From contig NC_043005.1 in the NCBI RefSeq assembly GCF_006345805.1, forward strand, positions 44,640,001 through 44,704,000: a stretch of DNA of 64,000 nt. The letters are read 5' to 3'. Each line of letters starts with the position of its first letter. Within the stretch, counting starts at the first letter, position 1. The notes beneath the pieces were generated by a model that was not told the DNA's origin, did not search any database, and was given only the letters and a program-made list of their open reading frames with translations. Both the position numbers and the translations under genes were made by a program. This DNA is from Octopus sinensis. Taxonomy: Eukaryota. Shown here piece by piece: positions 60,120 through 64,000 of the stretch.

Positions 60120-60590
60120 GACAAGTTACGCAAGCCGATATAAAAAAAATAATAAACACATTTAATACAAAAAATGTACATATGTAGGCATATAAAAAAG
60201 TCTGTCTTACACAGAATATAAATGATATCAGAAATTAAAGGGGTTGAGTTTTACAAGTCCAACAGCTATTTCTGGGGTTTTGGCGGTACAAAATAATGGA
60301 GTTTAATTCTTTAAAACTCTATTCTATCAGCACCTCAAATGTAAATTTCTTTCCTGATGATGGAGGCTGGTGTCATCCAATGAAGTAATCAAGTTGCAAT
60401 CATTATTTTGGACCACCAAGGTCTCAGAAACAGCTGTTGGATTCGTAAAACTCTTACTGAACCGCTTTAATTCCTGATATCATTTATATTCTGTGTAAGT
60501 TGCACTTTTTTATATGCAGACACATGTACATTTTTTTTTGTATTAAATGCATTTAATATTTTTGTATATCAACTTGCTTAACTTGCTTGT
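60120..60590. repeat. Inverted repeat, arms about 60120-60299 and 60400-60590
   Basis: acacagaatataaatgatatcag.aattaaag and ccaacagct.tttctg match in opposite orientation. Confidence 0.85.
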
Positions 60591-60596
60591 CCTTAC

Positions 60597-60636
<40 letters not shown>

Positions 60637-61041
60637 GATCAGACTCCATAGAGGCTGGTATTGGTCTGCATTGGCAAGGCTTATATGAATTATTAAACTA
60701 ATTACAGAGTACAGTAAATGTGCCATGGAGAGTGGAAAATTCAATGCTTCGGAAAGAGTCCCTTTTCAAAGAAAAAAATGGAAGCAAAAAAATTAGTGAG
60801 AGACAGAAGAGTTTTGCAGCTGATCAGTTACCGTCAGTGTTTTTAATCTAATGAATGTAAAACCTTGCTTTCTCTCATTAATTTTTCTTCAATCAACTTT
60901 TTTTCTGAAGAAGGATTCTGTCTGAGAAGTTGGATTTTCCAGTCCTCATAGCTAGTTTATTGGACATATTTTACTAATTTTATTAATTAGTATATATATA
61001 TATATATATATAAAATATATGTATATATATATATGGTGATA

Positions 61042-61075
<34 letters not shown>

Positions 61076-61656
61076 TGTGTGTATATATATATATATGATG
61101 ATGATATGATGATATATATATATATATATTTACTGTAGAAGATGGAATGAACAGGCTATAACCATTAAACACAATAATTGTTTCTGTGCATTGATATCAG
61201 CTATTAGTCGCTGATTTTCCTATGTCATACTATTACATAAATGTTATATAAATAGGTATGATCCAGCAGCAGCTGTGTTCTGTACGTCATCAGGTGAGTA
61301 GCTTTGAGAGCATTATATATATAGTATGTAGATAGAGTTATAATGTCTTTATTCTCTCTTCCTGTTATCTATAAGACTCTTGATTACTGACTATAAATGA
61401 AAGCTTCATTCAAGTGTGAATTTTCAATTATTTGTTTCTTCCTCTGAAGTATTTCTAAAGTTGATATCTTATAAGTTATTTTTTTCTACATGTACAATTT
61501 TGTACCTTCTGTTAGCAAATAAAACATGTGTAATGGGGAATAAATAATACCAAAAATTTTTTCTAATCCCTTTCTCCAAAGTGTACAGTATTGTATATTC
61601 ATTACAGATGATCTTCATATAATATACCCACTCTATTGACAGATATACAAGGGCAT

Positions 61657-61890
61657 AAGGCAGCGAACTGGCAGAAACGTAGCACGCCGGGTGAAATGCT
61701 TAGCGGTATTTCATCTGCCGCTACATTCTGAGTTCAAATTCCACCGAGGTTGACTTTGCCTTTCATCCTTTTGGGGTCGATTAAATAAGTACCAGTTACA
61801 CACTGGGGTTGATATAATCGACTTAATCCATTTGTCTGTCCTTGTTTGTCCCCTCTGTGCTTAACCCCTTGTGGGTAGTAAAGAAATAGA
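61657..61890 (+). mobile_element. SINE family C, full length and well preserved
   Basis: aaggcagcgaactggcagaaacg...B-box-like GAGTTCAAATTCC...gtgggtagtaaagaaatag. Confidence 0.88.
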
Positions 61891-62377
61891 TATACAAGGG
61901 CATTTTTTTCCTGACTTAGACGACTTACACCCCCCCCCACACACACACACACATTAGTGGTGCATTAAAAGTGATTTGTCTCTGTTACACTACACTCTTA
62001 CAGAATATATCAATATTTTAATTAACATTGTATATATAAATAGATGTAAACACCTTGTTAAATTTTGCCAATTTATTCCCATTTAGTAGGACTTCAGTCA
62101 TCATCCTGGAAAGAATGGAAAGCAAAACTGACTTTAGATGGATTCTATTTCAGAGTACAGTAAGCTGGAAGAAATGCCACAATGTATTTTATTCAATGTC
62201 CCAACAACTCTATTAAATTGCCTTCTCTGTTCTGTTACAATTTCTTTGTGACTCCTAACATTTGCTATACCAATCCAACCCTTTAGCATTTGCAGCATCC
62301 TGTCAAATGTAATGCTCGTATATTCATTTTGTTTTGAATTATGCATTATCTTGTAGTTTTGAAATTTTGATGATAAT

Positions 62378-62632
62378 GATCATCATCATTGTTTAACATC
62401 CGTTTTCCATGCTAGCACAGGTTGGACGGTTCGACTGGGGTCTGGGAAGCCAGGAAGCTGCACCAGGCTCCAGTCTGATCTGGCAGTGTTTCTACAGCTG
62501 GATGCCCTTCCTAACGCCAACCCCTACGTGAGTGTAGTGGGTGCTTTTTACGTGCCACCGGCACAAGTGCCAGGGGAGGCTGGCAGTAGCCACGATTGGT
62601 TGGTGCTTTTTACGTGCCACCAGCACAGAAAG
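62378..62632 (-). mobile_element. RTE 3'-end copy with two 3'-UTR tandem units
   Basis: (CAT)n + gtttaacatccgttttccatgctagc...ggtgctttttacgtgccacc x2. Confidence 0.88.
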
Positions 62633-64000
62633 GTGGTTGTATATTTTTAGAATGACATTGTATGGCAGGTGGGAGATGTTGAATCTCACTGGTATAAACA
62701 TGAAACAGGCAGAATATGGTCAGTTTAAAAGCTAAATGGTTAAAGTAGATTAATAAATGGGGAAGCAATCAATGTATATAGAATATAGTGAATATCTTAC
62801 ATAAAGATCTAGTACTGAAATTGAATCTATAACGTATGAACCACAAGTTGATCATTTTAACCATGATGTTGCACCACTTTGGTAACACAACCATTAAACC
62901 TCTACCTTGACGCCCAATTATCACATGTCTTTGGCACAAAATTAATATTCCTCAATTTTAACATGGTAGTATAAGTTCATAGTTCCTGATTAAAGAAATT
63001 AGTCTTTGAGAATCATTAGTACTATTTTAATAGTCATTATCAATCTAAATGTTACACCAACTGATTAGTCATTTTTACAGACAATGTCGCTAATCTCAGA
63101 AAAAGGTTAATTTCAGACAATCATACAGGAAAAAACAGACGTCAGAAAATTTGAAGATAATTCAATATAAATGTATTAACAGATCCTTTTATGTGTTATT
63201 CATACTCTTGCGCTGCGTAAATTGAAACTGTCATCAATTTTAGTGTCAGAAGACTAAACTTTTTCCAAAGTAAAATGACACAACTTTTTCTTATCTAAGT
63301 TCTCAATTTTCACCAAGAAAATGCTGGAAGAAAGTAATTTAAAGGATGATTCCCACTTAGTATTATCTGTAAATTATATATAGGGAAAAGGTTATCATTA
63401 CCATCATCATCATTGTCATCATCATCGTCATCATCATCATCAACATAAACAGCAGCATTAACAATGCTTAAAATAACCAAATATTAATGCATTTGTTATT
63501 TTATTTTTCCACTCTACATACAAAATTCATTAAAGGAAAATATCGGGATCAAAATATTTGTCATTCTCCCAAATGTACCCTTAAATCAATAGAAAGTTAA
63601 ATATTGAAAATATGTTGAAAATATTCCCATAGCATTTATATATTTATTAAAATCTATTCAAAAGATAGAGAATAATGTAATTGTCTGTGTATCTAAGTGA
63701 GTTTATTCTAGAAACTTGAATCATTTAACCATCATTGCAATAATTAAAATCCGGCTAATATGGAGAAGTTATTTAATTTTTTTAAAGTATATATGTATTT
63801 TAGTTGTTATTGAGAACCTGAACAAATTTCAAATTTGATGTTTCTAAAACAAAGACGTACCTGTTAATTTGAAGTGTTACGAGCAATGGAAATAAAATAA
63901 AATTATGCTTGGTAAATAACAATTCTGTCCACTCTTAATGAATTAAGAAAATGTTAAGAATATCTCTTTCATTTTAATTTACAACTGAAACTCTTGTTTA

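Noticed and set aside
63081-63154. Small or terminal exon (DNVANLRKRLISDNHTGKNRRQKI*)
   Set aside because: Good acceptor, but short and without homology or linked exons; such signals arise by chance in AT-rich DNA.

Overview
AT-rich eukaryotic non-coding DNA made mostly of microsatellites and transposable-element debris. The repeat vocabulary looks like an Octopus (cephalopod) genome; this is my recognition and I could not verify it. I could not identify a host protein-coding gene; a few splice-signal-flanked exon candidates are listed at low confidence. Most ORF-track entries are microsatellite or antisense artefacts. The recognisable coding content is all TE-derived: a young 5'-truncated RTE-clade LINE (2502-3308, RT C-terminus with an in-frame PHD-type C4HC3 finger) plus older RTE pieces, four R4/Dong-type fragments of which three are bounded by (AAT)n tracts, four Penelope-like (RT/GIY-YIG) relics, three DD37D (maT) and four DD34D-type mariner derivatives, a TTAA-flanked MITE and many tRNA-derived SINEs. 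The most interesting signal is RNA-structural. Several unrelated short repeat families carry minimal Penelope-type hammerhead ribozyme motifs. One (46596-46641) has an intact core and sits in a tRNA-headed, (AAT)n-containing SINE-like element. That element occurs as a head-to-head palindromic pair, with an R4/Dong LINE inserted in one arm. The window also has about ten closely spaced inverted repeats (potential dsRNA/ADAR substrates if transcribed) and a local element family built round a 21-bp minisatellite. Element boundaries were read by eye and are approximate to roughly 10-20 bp unless TIRs or TSDs are quoted.
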